A program made the position numbers and the translations under genes. Below, piece after piece: positions 25,464-39,141 of a stretch of 64,000 bases of DNA. The notes beneath the pieces were generated by a model. That model searched no databases and had not been told where the DNA came from. It was given only the letters and a program-made list of their open reading frames with translations. The DNA is from Eledone cirrhosa. Taxonomy: Eukaryota. The stretch lies in contig OZ024741.1 in assembly GCA_964016885.1 (NCBI GenBank), positions 99,262,001 through 99,326,000 on the forward strand, in the 5' to 3' direction. How positions within the stretch are numbered: position 1 is the stretch's first letter; each line of letters starts with the position of its first letter.

Positions 25464-28400
25464 GAACGTATTAAAACAACAATATTTAATTAAAAAAACA
25501 AATAATGAAATATTACGTGTTATTGACGAAATAGAGGATAAAAACCCCAACATTTTGGCAAATCAACGCCTGTTTATATCCCTTAGCAACGATAGTGAAG
25601 CATTATCTTGGTGATATCAGAGATATTAACAAGAACAAATGATACCATCAAAAATACCATCATGTATAACTAAAATAGAAAAAAAAGATTGCTGATATAC
25701 CAAAAACTATAGGATATGTGACAATGCTCTTTACATGCAAACAAACACAAAAAAAAGTCACTGCTCACCAACAAAGAGTGAAAAATAAAATAGAGACGAT
25801 GTTTGGTAACAGTAGAACCAGAACTCTCCAATAGAAGCTGATCACCCTCAAACAAGAATTGAGAGCTGTTAGCGAAAAACGCCGATACCTGAAGACGGTA
25901 GATGAAAGAAAAGTGCTTAATAAAAGATTCAGACAAAACCAAACATCTGTCTATAGAGATATGAAGGGCAAAATAATAAGTGTCACTGAGGCCCCATCCC
26001 AGAAAGACATAGATTCCTTTTGGAAAAAATATGGGGTGAAAAGAAGAATTTCAACCAAGATGCAGTGTGGCTAAAAGAAATCCAAAAGAACTATTGCTCC
26101 TACACTACAACAAAACATACGAAATAATTGAGGGTACCCTTGAGACTGTGATAGGAAAACTCCAAGATAAGAAAACACCAGGAAGAGACATGATTGTCGG
26201 CTACTGGTACAAAAAACTAATATTCTATCGGAGGTATCTTACTGACCTCTACCAACATGTTCTTAATGGAGATACACTTATACCAGAATGGTTGACATTA
26301 GCACAAACATTACTGGTCCCCAAGAACAAAGACACCCTCCAGGAAAAAAACTACCGACCTATTGCATGCCAGAACCTGATGTATAAGATGTATACAGCCT
26401 GCCTGAACCTATTCCTCCAAGATCACTGTGAAAATAATAACATCATCACAGATGAACAAGTAGCTGGAAAGAAAGGGGTTTGGGGATGTGCTGAACAACT
26501 CCTAATCTACAAAACTGCGATGTCGGAGATGCGACAACTTAGGAGGAATATGGCTACAGTCTGGCTGGACTACAGGAAAGCTTTCGATTCTGTTCCCCAT
26601 TCTTGGATGATAGAGGCCCTCCGACTTGCTAAAGTCCCAGATATTATTGTCAGAGCCATAGAGAGGCTGTCTTCTTCTTGGGCTACTATCCTAAAGTTAA
26701 ATACAGAGAAGGAGGACTCTATTTTCACTGATAAAATAAAATATCACAGGGGTACATTTCAGGGAGACAGTCTCTCTGTGATATGATTCATCTTGTCATT
26801 AAACTCCTTGTCCTTTCTGCTCAAGAAATGTGAAGGATACATCATTGGCTAACAGGAGGATAGAAATACGAACCTAACCCATAATTTCTTTGTGATGGTC
26901 TGAAACTCTATGCCAAGAACAAGGCTGGGATGAAGAAAAATCTTAACCTGGTTACAACATTCTCAAAGGATATAGGAATGGAGTTTGGCCAAGATAAATG
27001 ATCATATATGGCTGTAAAGCGGGGAAAAACAACAACCCAATCTAGAAACATTAGTATCAATGGCCTAGCTGTTTCACCAATATCTGATGAGGACTGCTAT
27101 AGATACCTGGGGATAGATGAGAACATATCCTATAATGGTATTTGTAATAAGGAACGCGTAACAAGGGTATACTACACCCGATTAAGAAAGATCTGGTCAT
27201 CGGAACTCTCTGCGCAAAATAAAACAGTGGCTCACAATGTGTTTGCTGTGCCTGTCCTAACACCAACTTTTGGAATACTCACTTGGACGATAGACGAAAT
27301 CCGAGCAGTTGATGTTGGAACTCGAAAAATACTGAACAACACGGGAAACTTCCACATCAACAGAGACATAGACCACCTTTACTTGAAACGTAAGCAGGGA
27401 GGCAGAGGCTTAACATCAGTCCAGACAACATTTGAATGTCGCATCATATCACTCCGACAACATCTACGAACCTCGAAGCGTAGGAGCCCATTTCTCGAGC
27501 AAGTCTATCTGCATGAAACAGATAAGTTCATGAGAGTTGGGAAGGAACTCCTCGAGAGATATTCCCTGTGTGATAATCAAAAACTCACACCCAGGGAAGT
27601 CGCTCAGCAGTATGGCAGTGAATCCATGGATGAAAAACTGCATGATTATCAGCAAAAAATCATGCATGGATATGTTGCCAGGAACCTCCAGAGTGAGAGT
27701 AATATAGATAAAGAAAGTAGTCTAACAACCGCTATATTGTCTCTCACTTTGAAAGATACGCTTTTGTAATCCAAGAACAGGAAATCAACACGAAATACCT
27801 GATTCACAAAAGAGATTTGGATGCAGGCAAAACACCTAGATGTGATAACAAGTGCAGACTCTGCAGAATTAACATCGAAGATGTCACCCATGTCATAAGT
27901 AGCTGATCAAAGATGTCATCGCGGTACTATCTACCTATGAGGCATGATATAGTGGCTAAAACACTGTACAATGTAATCCGTAGAAAAGATAGCCCCGATA
28001 ATAAACACATTAAAAGCTACAGTAATGTGGAAGACATACATATACATAATATGACAGAGTACTGGTGGAATGTTCCAGTAAAAACCCCAATAAAATGCAG
28101 GCATAACAGACCAGATATTATGATATGGGACAGGGAAAAGAAGGCATGCACAGTAGTGGAAGTTAGATGTACAGCAGATGCCAATATAATATCAAAGATG
28201 AGCGAAAAAGAGAATATTTATGCAGAACTGATGAGAAATCTGCAGATACTCCACCGTGATTATGCCTTCAGATTTATGCCTGTGATTATTGGGGCACTGG
28301 GATATGTTAGTAACTGCCTCAGTACAAATCTTGAGAAGCTGGGCTTCACAGGAACAGAAAGAACACAACTAGTTAGGAAATTACAATTACAATCCATTAA

Positions 28401-28695
28401 TGGAACAGTAAAAATATGTAAAGCATTCCAAAGATTTTGCATCTAATAACTGCATATACACATGTACAGATACTAAGCATAGACACATGCACACATACAA
28501 CTCAAAACATACACATCCACACATACAATAACATCCATATCTACTCATGCACGCATGCAGACATACATGCATGCAGACATACATATCTACCTAGTTGATG
28601 TTGTGTAAATTCCAATGAGAGAGTCTTATGTCTATGTTAGAAACCAACTCTCTCTCTATTAGCAAAAATTTGTGAAAATTATAAAACCAGAAGAA
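25463..28695 (+). mobile_element. R4/Dong-clade non-LTR retrotransposon (RT + CCHC + RLE), 5'-truncated, inactivated
   Basis: NYRPIAC, WLDYRKAFDSVPH, FQGDSLS, YRYLG, CRLC..H...(C), RHD, NRPDI..E motifs split by stops and frameshifts; (CATA)n on both sides. Confidence 0.9.
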
Positions 28696-28775
28696 CATAC
28701 ATACATACATACATACATACATACATACATACATACATACATACATACATACATACATACATACATACATACATA

Positions 28776-29297
28776 ATGGCTGCAAACTCTGTTAAGAGTT
28801 TTGCAATCACTTGTCAGATTATAGAGTTTGGTGCACGTTTAGGCTACGACGAGCCACACGAACCTATAACATCCTGAACAAGCAATGCCTGTACTTGGAA
28901 GGTTTTTTTAAGTGGGGAAAGGCTTTGCACTCGACCAATCCCACTCTCTGAACATCAAAAACACTACCCGAAAAGGAGAACTGGTCAACTTCCTCGGATC
29001 CTTCCGAAACCGCAGGGTTTTTTTTTTCCAGCTTACCCACCCCTAGAAAGGTGTTGTGACAAATGGGGGCCTTTTACTCCTAGGTGAATTTAAAAAAATC
29101 TACCATTTGGATGGCCGTTGACGCTGCTGAGTTCCTCCGCCCTTTACCGGGTCTTGCATTTCATCCTGCAGGGTGTCCAAATATCACCCTCCTCACCAAG
29201 CAAGCTTGCCGGGTTGCTGGTTTAGTCGCCGACGACCCGACCATGAGACAGGTTGTACTGGGTTACATGTTACCAGTAGCACTCGAGAGCCACCTGA
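28776..29297 (+). mobile_element. Structured element type B (full length)
   Basis: ATGGCTGCAAACTCTG head, shared core, ends GAGAGCCACCTGA|CATACATA; homologous to 31942-32467. Confidence 0.8.
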
Positions 29298-29469
29298 CAT
29301 ACATAGATAAGTGCATACATACATACATACATACATACATACATACATACATACATACATACATACATACATACATACATACGAACATACATGTATACAT
29401 ACATATAACTATATAGGTTTTCTCGTTTTTGTTTACATTGAAGCGTATATATTCAAGTAATTACACACA

Positions 29470-29561
<92 letters not shown>

Positions 29562-29584
29562 CGTATGTGTGTATATATATTATG

Positions 29585-29776
29585 TCGGGTCACTCTTGAG
29601 TGCTACTGGTAACATGTAATCCAGTACAACCTGTCGCATGGTCGGGTCGTCGGGGACTAAACCGGCAACCCCACCAAGTTTACTTGGTGAGGAGGGTGAT
29701 TTTGGACACCCTGCAGGACAAAAATCAAAACTGACAAAGGGCAGAAGAACTCATAAGAGTCAACGGCAATCCAAAA
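29585..29776 (-). mobile_element. Structured element, type B 3' module only
   Basis: Reverse complement of the 29105-29297-like tail. Confidence 0.75.
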
Positions 29777-29846
29777 TGTGTAAATATGTATATACATGTG
29801 TATGTATGTATATGTGTATATACATGGGTGCATGTGTATGTATATG

Positions 29847-30186
29847 CGCGAGGACATAGAAATAGTCGGGCTGGACACCCGATCGCGCGGTTAAATCACT
29901 GGGAGGGAAGGACCCCTAGCCTTTGTCAAGGCATTCTTATAGGAGAAGGAGGAAACTGGGATAACTCCGATATAAAACCTACGGCTCAGTAGTTACCGAT
30001 GATGTTGATCTTTTCTTCTTTTCGGGTTATAGCTACTGTCGCTCAGAGAGTGGGATTGGTTCAGTGCACAATCTTTCCTCACTTTAAAAAATATCTTCAC
30101 GCACAGTGCATTGCACGATAGAATTAGTAATTATTAATAATGGTATATCGTGCAATGGCCATACTCGATAACGAGGGGGCAGCCCT
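29847..30186 (-). mobile_element. Structured element type A (full length)
   Basis: Reverse complement of 39142-39490. Confidence 0.8.
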
Positions 30187-30188
30187 CA

Positions 30189-30320
<132 letters not shown>

Positions 30321-30335
30321 TATATATATATATAT

Positions 30336-30971
30336 AATATGTGAAAAAATGGGGAGAAGAATACTGCAGGTTGCACATGGATAACATGTTATAAAATGAG
30401 TCCCTCATCAGTGATTTGCCGACGATCATAGATATTTCATTACATTAAAAATCATATACCTCACGTCGGTGCAATAATAACTAAATTAAGTTATTAGGAC
30501 AATTAAAACGCGTAAAGCGAGTGAGACAAGTAAACAACAAAGAGGAGAGCTAACCGTAGAGAGGAAGGGAACAAGCTACATAGTTATTCTGTTAGCATAA
30601 GCTAGGTGAATATATGAGCGCTTAGAAAAAAGACCTTTCGAGATAAATCCAAATGTGAGAAAGAAAGAAAATGTATTCGTCGCGAACGGGGTGAAGTGAG
30701 AAGGGGAGAAACAGTGAGTGAGTGAGTGGAAGTGTGAGGAAGAGTTAACTGACATGACAGAGGGGGCGAAAGAAAGTAGGAGAAACAGAGAGAACGAGGG
30801 AGCAGTAAGAGAGAGAGAGAAAAACAGAATCGCAGTTTAGGTAAATATATGTGAAAAAATGGGGAGAAGGATACTGCAGGTTGCACATGGATAACATGTA
30901 ATAAAATGAGTCCCTCATCAGTGATTTGCCGACGATCATAGATATTTCATTGCATTAAAAATCATATACCT
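30336..30971. repeat. About 125-bp direct repeats (30336-30461 and 30845-30971) bracketing about 385 bp; PLE-like partial tandem
   Basis: atatgtgaaaaaatggggagaag...aaatcatatacct at both positions. Confidence 0.8.
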
Positions 30972-31364
30972 AACGATGCATATATGTATGTGTGTATATT
31001 TATATGTATATATGTATGCATGTATGTGTGTGTGTGTATACAATATCCCTAAAATAGCTCCATACTACAATTTTAAATATCTTGTTCACTCTATCTTCAC
31101 TATAAAACAAATAGGAAACACAAAAAGCCACAAACACACAACACAGAAAATACAAAACTCGGTTATAGTCCAACCTGTCTCCCACCACCAACACTCTATC
31201 CCTCTCTCACAGTTACTCTCTCTCTCTCCCCCACTCTTTCTCTTTTTCCCTCTCTCTCTCACTATATATATATGTGTGTGTGTGAGCGTGTGCAAGATAC
31301 ATATATATATATATATGTATCTTGCACACGCTCACACACATGAACATATTTATATATATATATA

Positions 31365-31420
<56 letters not shown>

Positions 31421-31464
31421 TATATATATATATAAATATGTTCATACATGCATGTATATATATA

Positions 31465-31516
<52 letters not shown>

Positions 31517-31561
31517 CGTATATTTGTGTGTGTGTGTGTGTGCGCGCGCGTGCACGTTTGC

Positions 31562-31609
<48 letters not shown>

Positions 31610-31803
31610 TTCACACCTCACACACAAACAGATCATATATTGATATATTCCAGAGTCATTCAGTTCTAACTCATTACATGGAATATTTTTAGGTTGGGCT
31701 AAGCCAAATTCAAGAATCTATTTCAAGTGGACACTTAAGAAATTTCTACACTCACGCGTGTGCTTAAACAAGTAAGCACATACACATACATATATACGTG
31801 TAC

Positions 31804-31842
<39 letters not shown>

Positions 31843-31882
31843 CATACATATATATATATGTGTGTGGGGGGTGGGGGGTGTT

Positions 31883-31913
<31 letters not shown>

Positions 31914-31941
31914 GTGTGCATGTGTGTGTGTATGTATTATG

Positions 31942-32467
31942 TCAGGTCGCTCTCGAGTGCTACTGGTAACATGTAACCCAGTACAACCTGCCGCTTGGTC
32001 GGGTCCTCGGCGACTAAACCGGCAACCCCACCAAGCTTGCTAGGTGTGGAGGATGATATTTGGACACCCTGCGTGGTGAAATACAAAACCCGGTAAAGGG
32101 CGGAGGAACGCAGCAGAGTCAACGGCCATCCAAATAGTACCTTTCTCTATTTTTTGTTCACCTGTGAGTGAAAGCCCCACCTCCCAGTTGTTGTCACAAC
32201 ACCTTTCTAGGAGAGGGAAACTCTGAAAAAAACCTGCGGCTTCGGAAGCATCCGATGATGTTGATCCTTTTCGGGTAGTGTTTTCGATGCTTAGAGAGTG
32301 GGATTGGTCGAGTGCAAGGCCTCTCCTCACTTAAAAAAACTTCAAAGCACAGGCATTGCTTGTTTAGGATATGTTACAGGTTCATGTGGCTGGCCGTAGC
32401 CTAAAAGTGCACCAGTTTCTATAATCTGACAAGCGATTGCAATATTCTTAGCAGAGTTTGCAGCCAT
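31942..32467 (-). mobile_element. Structured element type B (full length)
   Basis: Reverse complement of 28776-29297. Confidence 0.8.
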
Positions 32468-32468
32468 C

Positions 32469-32528
<60 letters not shown>

Positions 32529-33589
32529 ATAAATGTGTGTATGTGTGTGTGTCCGCGCGCGCATAGAGGCATACAAACACACACATATATATGTGTGTGC
32601 TGATACAAAGACAAACATACATCTATGTGAGTACATAAAGAGCCAAATATTAAATATATTAATATAAACCACAGACAGTCACAATTACGCATATATTGAC
32701 AAATACAGGTATATTGATGTACATGCAATAGTGAATGCAATATCTTTCCACTTATCTACTTGCTCACAAACTTTTTTCTTAATTCAATCAATTCTAATTC
32801 AATCAATTAATCAATATCCGAAATAAATCATGCTGATTTGGCTGTCATTATTTAAAGAAAAATTACGTTAAACATCATACAAGATTTGCGTTATTTGATT
32901 TATAGTATATAAAAGTTTTCCAGTTTTGTCTAATTTCCTAATTTGGGCGTGAAAACTCCTCAAGGGAACAAGATGGTTGCTCAAATGGTTTTGACGATAA
33001 GCTTTCAGTCGTTCGATCAACTGAAAGTCTGACTTGGGAATTAGCGCATGAGTGGTTGAGTATTCCACAGACACGTGTACCCATAACATAATTCTCAGGC
33101 AGAATCAGAGTGACACAATAGATGACAATGACTGACTTCTGAAACGTACGTCTACGCTATTTCCTTCTGCCTAATTTCACTCACAGAAATAGGGTCGTCC
33201 CAAGGCTAAAGTAATGACACCTGCCACACACACACACGCACGCGCGTACAATTCTTGTTTATTTTGCTGATTTTGATCATTATTGTGGTTGATGGTAATA
33301 ATAATAATTATTATCATTGTTGTTTTTATTGTTAAAGTTATTCGGACGTAGCAAGAAAAAAGAAAGTAGCCACACACACAAACACACAGGTACATAAACA
33401 AAATTCCTGTACTTTTGAATTTTGGGATTGCCACAGGAACAATAGCAACTTTATTAAATATACATGTTTATTTTCAATATAGAAATAATAAAAAAAAAAG
33501 AAGGGGAAATAAAAGGAAAGAAAGAATAGGGAAATATAGAAAAATATATATATAGAAAAAAAGAGAAGGAGAGAAAGAAAGAAGAAAAA

Positions 33590-34035
33590 GATCGGGAAGA
33601 GGGGGGGGCAAGAGATCTGGTGTCGCAGAAGAGAGGGGGTGAAGGGCGAGGGTGATTGGGCTTTGGGCCTAGGGCAAGAGGGCAGAAGTGCTGCGCCCCG
33701 CTGACAAGACGACAAAATCATTCCCCTGTACGATGGCCAGTGACACCCGCTGCAACAACCAACCAACCTCGCGGGGCTCCCTCCTCAGACGGGCCGCCAA
33801 CGCCCCGATCTTGCGGAGGAGCTCGGCAACTGACATTGACTATTGAATATAGCAGGCATGAATCGCTACTCGAAAGTATCACCAAACTCAATGTCTAATC
33901 ACGTGATGAACTTCAGTTTATCAAATGATAATTTAAACTTGAGTCACCTTTCTGCAAAAACCTGAAAGAACAAAGGCCTTCTCGATTTTTGACGCGAAAT
34001 TACCATGAAATTCGACGCCTAACCACGTGATCTTC
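33590..34035. promoter_or_regulatory. GC/CpG-rich unique island with two CACGTG E-boxes; possible promoter or first exon
   Basis: Sharp GC rise at 33590-33830; TCACGTGA at about 33899 and CACGTGA at about 34024. Confidence 0.25.
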
Positions 34036-34655
34036 CTTAACTTATCAAATTATACTTCAAACATATAGCAGTCTGATCCACATGTTTTGTATAAAACTGA
34101 AAGAAAGTGCCATCATCAGTTAGATGCGAGATACAAGTCGGCATAGTCATATACTTCTCCATCTCTCTTGATTTTTGAAAATCATGAAACTTGTGAAACC
34201 GGTCATAAATTATTATAAATAAACCTTCTTAAAGACTCCAATTGTATTTTCAACTTCTTTTTCCTATATGTTTACCTATATTATATAACGTAATAAACGA
34301 GACGGTAGGCTAAAAATTTAACGTATTTGTTTGTCGCTCAGAAAAGGGAAAAAATTTATTGTTGACCTTTCAGTCTAAGTCCTTCTTTGGAAAACAGAGT
34401 ATGAATGACAGAAAGATGAGAATATATTAAGTAAAAGGGGTTTAATCGGATAGCTCATGTGTAGAGAATTTGTTTATATAGTTGCAATCTTCCGGAAATT
34501 GGAGAACGATCAAGCTAGTATTTAGGAAAAGGAGGGCGAATGAGGTAGGCATATTGTATATATGTGTACATTAGTGTGTATGGACAAGTGTTTGTAATGT
34601 TATATACCTTATATATGTGTGTGTATTTATCTGTTTACATATGAATTTATGTATG

Positions 34656-34701
<46 letters not shown>

Positions 34702-35115
34702 TGTGTGTATATATATATATATTTATACCTACATACATACATATATGCTACATACATACACAATCACACACACATACTGATAATAAAAAACATAGACTCT
34801 CATTCCTTAGTTCCCTCTTTCCTCACAAATCTTTAACTGTACAACTCCGTAATGGTTATTTCTATAAATATCGTGGTTTGAAATGTCAGACGTTAAGAAA
34901 AAAGATTGCCAATATCAGGGATAGCGGGTTATACATAGCTCTTCATCTATTTGAGAATTAATACATACCAGTAGTATATACTAGGTTGTGAGACACCATC
35001 TATGTTCTATCTAACATGCTATAAATAGAGCCAAATCTCTGCTAAAAAGTCTTTAAAAATCATAGTCAGTGATTGTATAGTCGTGGATGGAACGCCTTTA
35101 ACGATATGTGTAATA

Positions 35116-35277
35116 CAATGGTTCCCAAAGTGGGTTCCGCAAAGAAGTGTCGGGGGTTCCTTGAAAAAAGGTAGAAGAGTATATTTATATTACAACCATA
35201 TAACAGTATTATATTTTGAGGTTCCCCCCAAAAGTACCAAAAATGGTTCAGTATTTAAAAACGTTTGGGAAACGCTG
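35116..35277. mobile_element. hAT (Charlie-like) MITE
   Basis: TIRs CAATGGTTCCCAAA...TTTGGGAAACGCTG; 8-bp TSD gtgtaata/gtgtaacc. Confidence 0.7.
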
Positions 35278-36614
35278 GTGTAACCAATCGGAGCTCAATA
35301 GGAGGTTAAATAACAAGAGCAGTTTTGATACAAATCGAATCATCTCACAAAACAAAATGCTGTTAAAATACACTTTCGGATGCAGCTCCATTTAGCTAGA
35401 CATACCTTTCCACTCTGATCGTATCTGGCAATTAATATTTTGCACCACTCTTCTCTTCTTATAATATTTAATCTCTGTCTATGTTCATGATGTTTATAAA
35501 ATATTTGTTTAAACTGCTAAAACCAACTCGACCATCAAGAATTCTGCTAAAATAGCCACTCACTCTACTCAGCCACCAAAAATACTGAATGTAGAACTTA
35601 AAAGACGCTATGCCATTTAGCATATATATTTTTTCCACTTGAAAGTGATGCAAAAATATTTTACACCTCCCTGCTTCTATTAGGATTTTCAATTTCTGCC
35701 ATTTTAGAAGGTTTTATGAACATTAGAAAGAATGGGAGAAATCGCTTTATATAAGAAATAAAAAGCAGATTTCTGAAATTGAATTAAGTCTTAACCAAAG
35801 ACTTTGACCAAAATTTCATTCGAATTCTCAGACCACTTGTCACCAGGTGTATCCGGTATATTTGTGAATTTAAAGGTTAGTCAAGTTTGAAACTCATAAA
35901 AGTAATTTCGTTTAAAATCTTGAGACAAACACAGACTCCATTATTGGGAATAGCCGTCACAAACATTAATGTCTGTGAAATTTTCTCGTAAAATATATGT
36001 GTAGCGTGTGTGAGTGTGTGTATGTGTGCATGTGTATCTGGTGATGTAGCTGCCTTTGTGTTTGTGTGTGTGTTTGCGTGTGTGTCTGTTATCCTAAATG
36101 TATTATTGTACCTGTGCATATATATGTATTAAAGCGTACGAAAAGTGTTTGCAAGAATGCGTATGGTAATTTGTTTATGAATGTATGTGGCTGTGTGTGG
36201 ATAGTGATATTCAATTTAAATATATTATTCTATGTGTGTATATATGTATATAGCAAATGGAACGTGTTTATAAGAGTTCGTGTGTGAATTTGTTTGTGTG
36301 TATGTGCGGGAGTGGTTGTGGATATAGGAGTTTCAGTGAATTTCTGTGTGATATTATTTTTAAATGAATTACTATGTGTATATATATATATATATCTATG
36401 ACATACGAAAATATTCGTAAGAGTGCGTATGTACATATGAAAGTGTGTATATAAGGTTGCATTATGTGCGCGTGTGTATCATTTTCCATATAAATGTTTT
36501 AATGTGCACGTATTGACATTTTGAATATATATATTAGGTCTAAGTGAAGCACAAAGGGATCGTTTCTGTGTGGAACGCCTACAGTTAACTTTAGTTACAG
36601 AATTATAGATGACA

Positions 36615-38690
36615 GATGACAGAGGCATCATCATCCTAGCTGGCGACTTCAATGGACGTGTTGTTAAGTACTAGGATGGCTACATTGGAATACACGGTAA
36701 CTATGGTTATGGCTCAAGAAATTTTGTGATGCAAATGAAATTACTATTTGCAACACTAACTTCAGAAAACCGGCCACTCACCTGATCACCTATTAGGCAG
36801 GCGAACACACACGCTAGATTGAGATTTTACTTGTTAGAAGACGAGATAGGCAAGTGGTTATGAATACTAAGTCTTTCCTCGGAAAAGAAGGCGCCACACA
36901 ACATAAGTTAGTTAATACTTATATCAGAATACGCACAAGGCGGAACAAGTATGGAAGAGATGTGGAGAAGGAGAGTGTAGAAGCTAAAGGATTTTTCAAG
37001 TTGAGGAGAAATAGATACATGTGACATAAAAAAAACAACCTACTACGGGTGACAGGTGAGATTCGTGGCTCAATTAAAGCACCAGCCAGAGAGAAAGTAA
37101 ACTGTTTGTGGAACAGCAGTGTGGATAGAGATGTTAAAGCCAAGAGATTTCCATGGAAAAATTGAAATAATAGAGACAGCAAAAATCAGCACGAGGTAGC
37201 TAAGTATGAAGCTTAATGACAGGAATATGTAGCAAGTAAAGAAACCGAAAACAGGAGGTTAATTTCTTCCAACGTGAGGATCAGAGACCTGACGTATTCC
37301 GCGTCGCGAAGCAGTGTCAGTGAAAATCAGATATTGTTGGGAAAGAGCGCAATTCAACTGACACCGATGCACTTAGCATCACTGACGCTAAAAAAAAAAG
37401 ACGCCAGAAAATTCTATTATGAGAAGTTGATGAATGTTGAGAGTGAGTGGGAGGAAGAAAGTCTACCTTTAGCTGACCAAACAGAGATAACAGGAACCGA
37501 AATTTACAGTTATAGGGTCAAAGAAGCCGTCGGACCGTTTGAGATATTTCTTGAAATGTTTTGATCTTCTGTGGAAGTAAGAATCGAACTAGTAACCCAC
37601 ATAACCAGCCAGGTGATATATGATGGAGTCATATTCAATAACTAGCATAACATTTTACTCAGTGATTGCTACAAAGGAAAATGTAATGCGCTACAAAGGG
37701 GCAACTATAGGGACATGAAAAAAATTAACAAAGATATGAATGTGACGAAAAGAATTTTAGCACAGCTATTTAGGGGAAGAGTTAAATTAGATGAGAAGCA
37801 GTTTGGTTTTGTGCTAGGAAGGATTACTATATATGCTCTGTTCTTAGTGAGAAAACTACAAGATAAGTTCCTAGCTATGTGTAAGACACTATATCTAGCT
37901 TACGTTGATCTGGAGAAGGCTTTTGCCAGATTACCATGACTTTTCATCTGGTGGTCCCTAAGAAGAATGGCTTGTGACTGCATTACAAGCCATATACAGC
38001 GAACGGTAAATAAAGTGATATTAGGTATTGAATTTAAGTGTGGAATTCAACGAGCAGATAGGTGTTTATTATCGTTTTCCAGGTCATAACGAAGGAGTTT
38101 AAAACTGGCTGTCCATGGGAATTTCTGTTTGCTGACAACTTTGTTCTTATAGCTGAGTCTGAGGAAGAGCTAGAGAAGAAATTTAGGCTTTAGAAATAGA
38201 ATTTAGAATCAAAAGGGCTTAGAGTAAACTTGGAGAAAACTAAAGTTTTGGTGCGTAGGAAAGAAGACAGGACACTGAAAAGTGATCTTGTTCGATATAA
38301 AACAAAGAATAGGTAGAAAATCTAAACTATGGACACAATGTAAATCTTCGTTTCACAAAAGGTGTAGTGGGATTGTAGAGAGACTAATCGAATTGGTTAA
38401 CTCTGTATGTTGCTGTATAGGGCTAGTTGATAGTAAAAAGTATCAGTGAAACAAACTTTGTTCCAATTCCAGGAAGGATCCATAGAAGTAATTGACAGCT
38501 CCTGCTACCTAAGTGATCTAATTAGCAGGGAAGGCGATTGTTCTAAGAGCATTGTAGCAAGAATAAGAACAGGAGGGAAATATTAAGAGGTCTACAAATC
38601 CAGTTAACAACAGTTGACAACAAAAGATATCCCTCTACTAACGACAGGCTGGTGGTATGATTTCTGTGTAAATTTTGCGATACTGCAACG
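36615..38690 (+). pseudogene. Decayed RTE-clade LINE (APE + RT)
   Basis: IILAGDFNG, CNTNFRKP..HLITY, QFGF, YVDLEKAF, GCPWEFLFADN, GLRVNLEKTKV; many stops. Confidence 0.8.
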
Positions 38691-39005
38691 GAGGAAGACT
38701 AGTCAACATTATCGGATGCTTCACCAGGTTTTTTTTTCAGAGTTTCCCTCTCTTAGAAAGGTGTTGTGACAACTAGGGGCCTTTCACTACCAGGTAACAT
38801 AAAAAAGTACTATCTGGATGGCCGTTGACTCTGCTGAGTTCCTCTGCCTTTTGCCAGGTTTTGTATTTTATCCCGCAGGGTGTCCAAATATCACCCTCCT
38901 CACTAAGCAAGTTTTGTGGGGTTGCAGGTTTAGTTGCCGATGGCTCGACCATGAGAGAGGTTGTACTGCGTTACATGTTACCAGTAACACTCGTGAGCTA
39001 CCTGA
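38690..39005 (+). mobile_element. Structured element type B, 5'-truncated
   Basis: Matches 28975-29297; ends CCTGA|CATACATA. Confidence 0.75.
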
Positions 39006-39141
39006 CATACATACATACATACATACTTACATACACACATACATACATACATACATACATACATACATACATACATACATACATACATACATACACACAT
39101 ACATACATACATACATACGTACATACATACATACATACATA

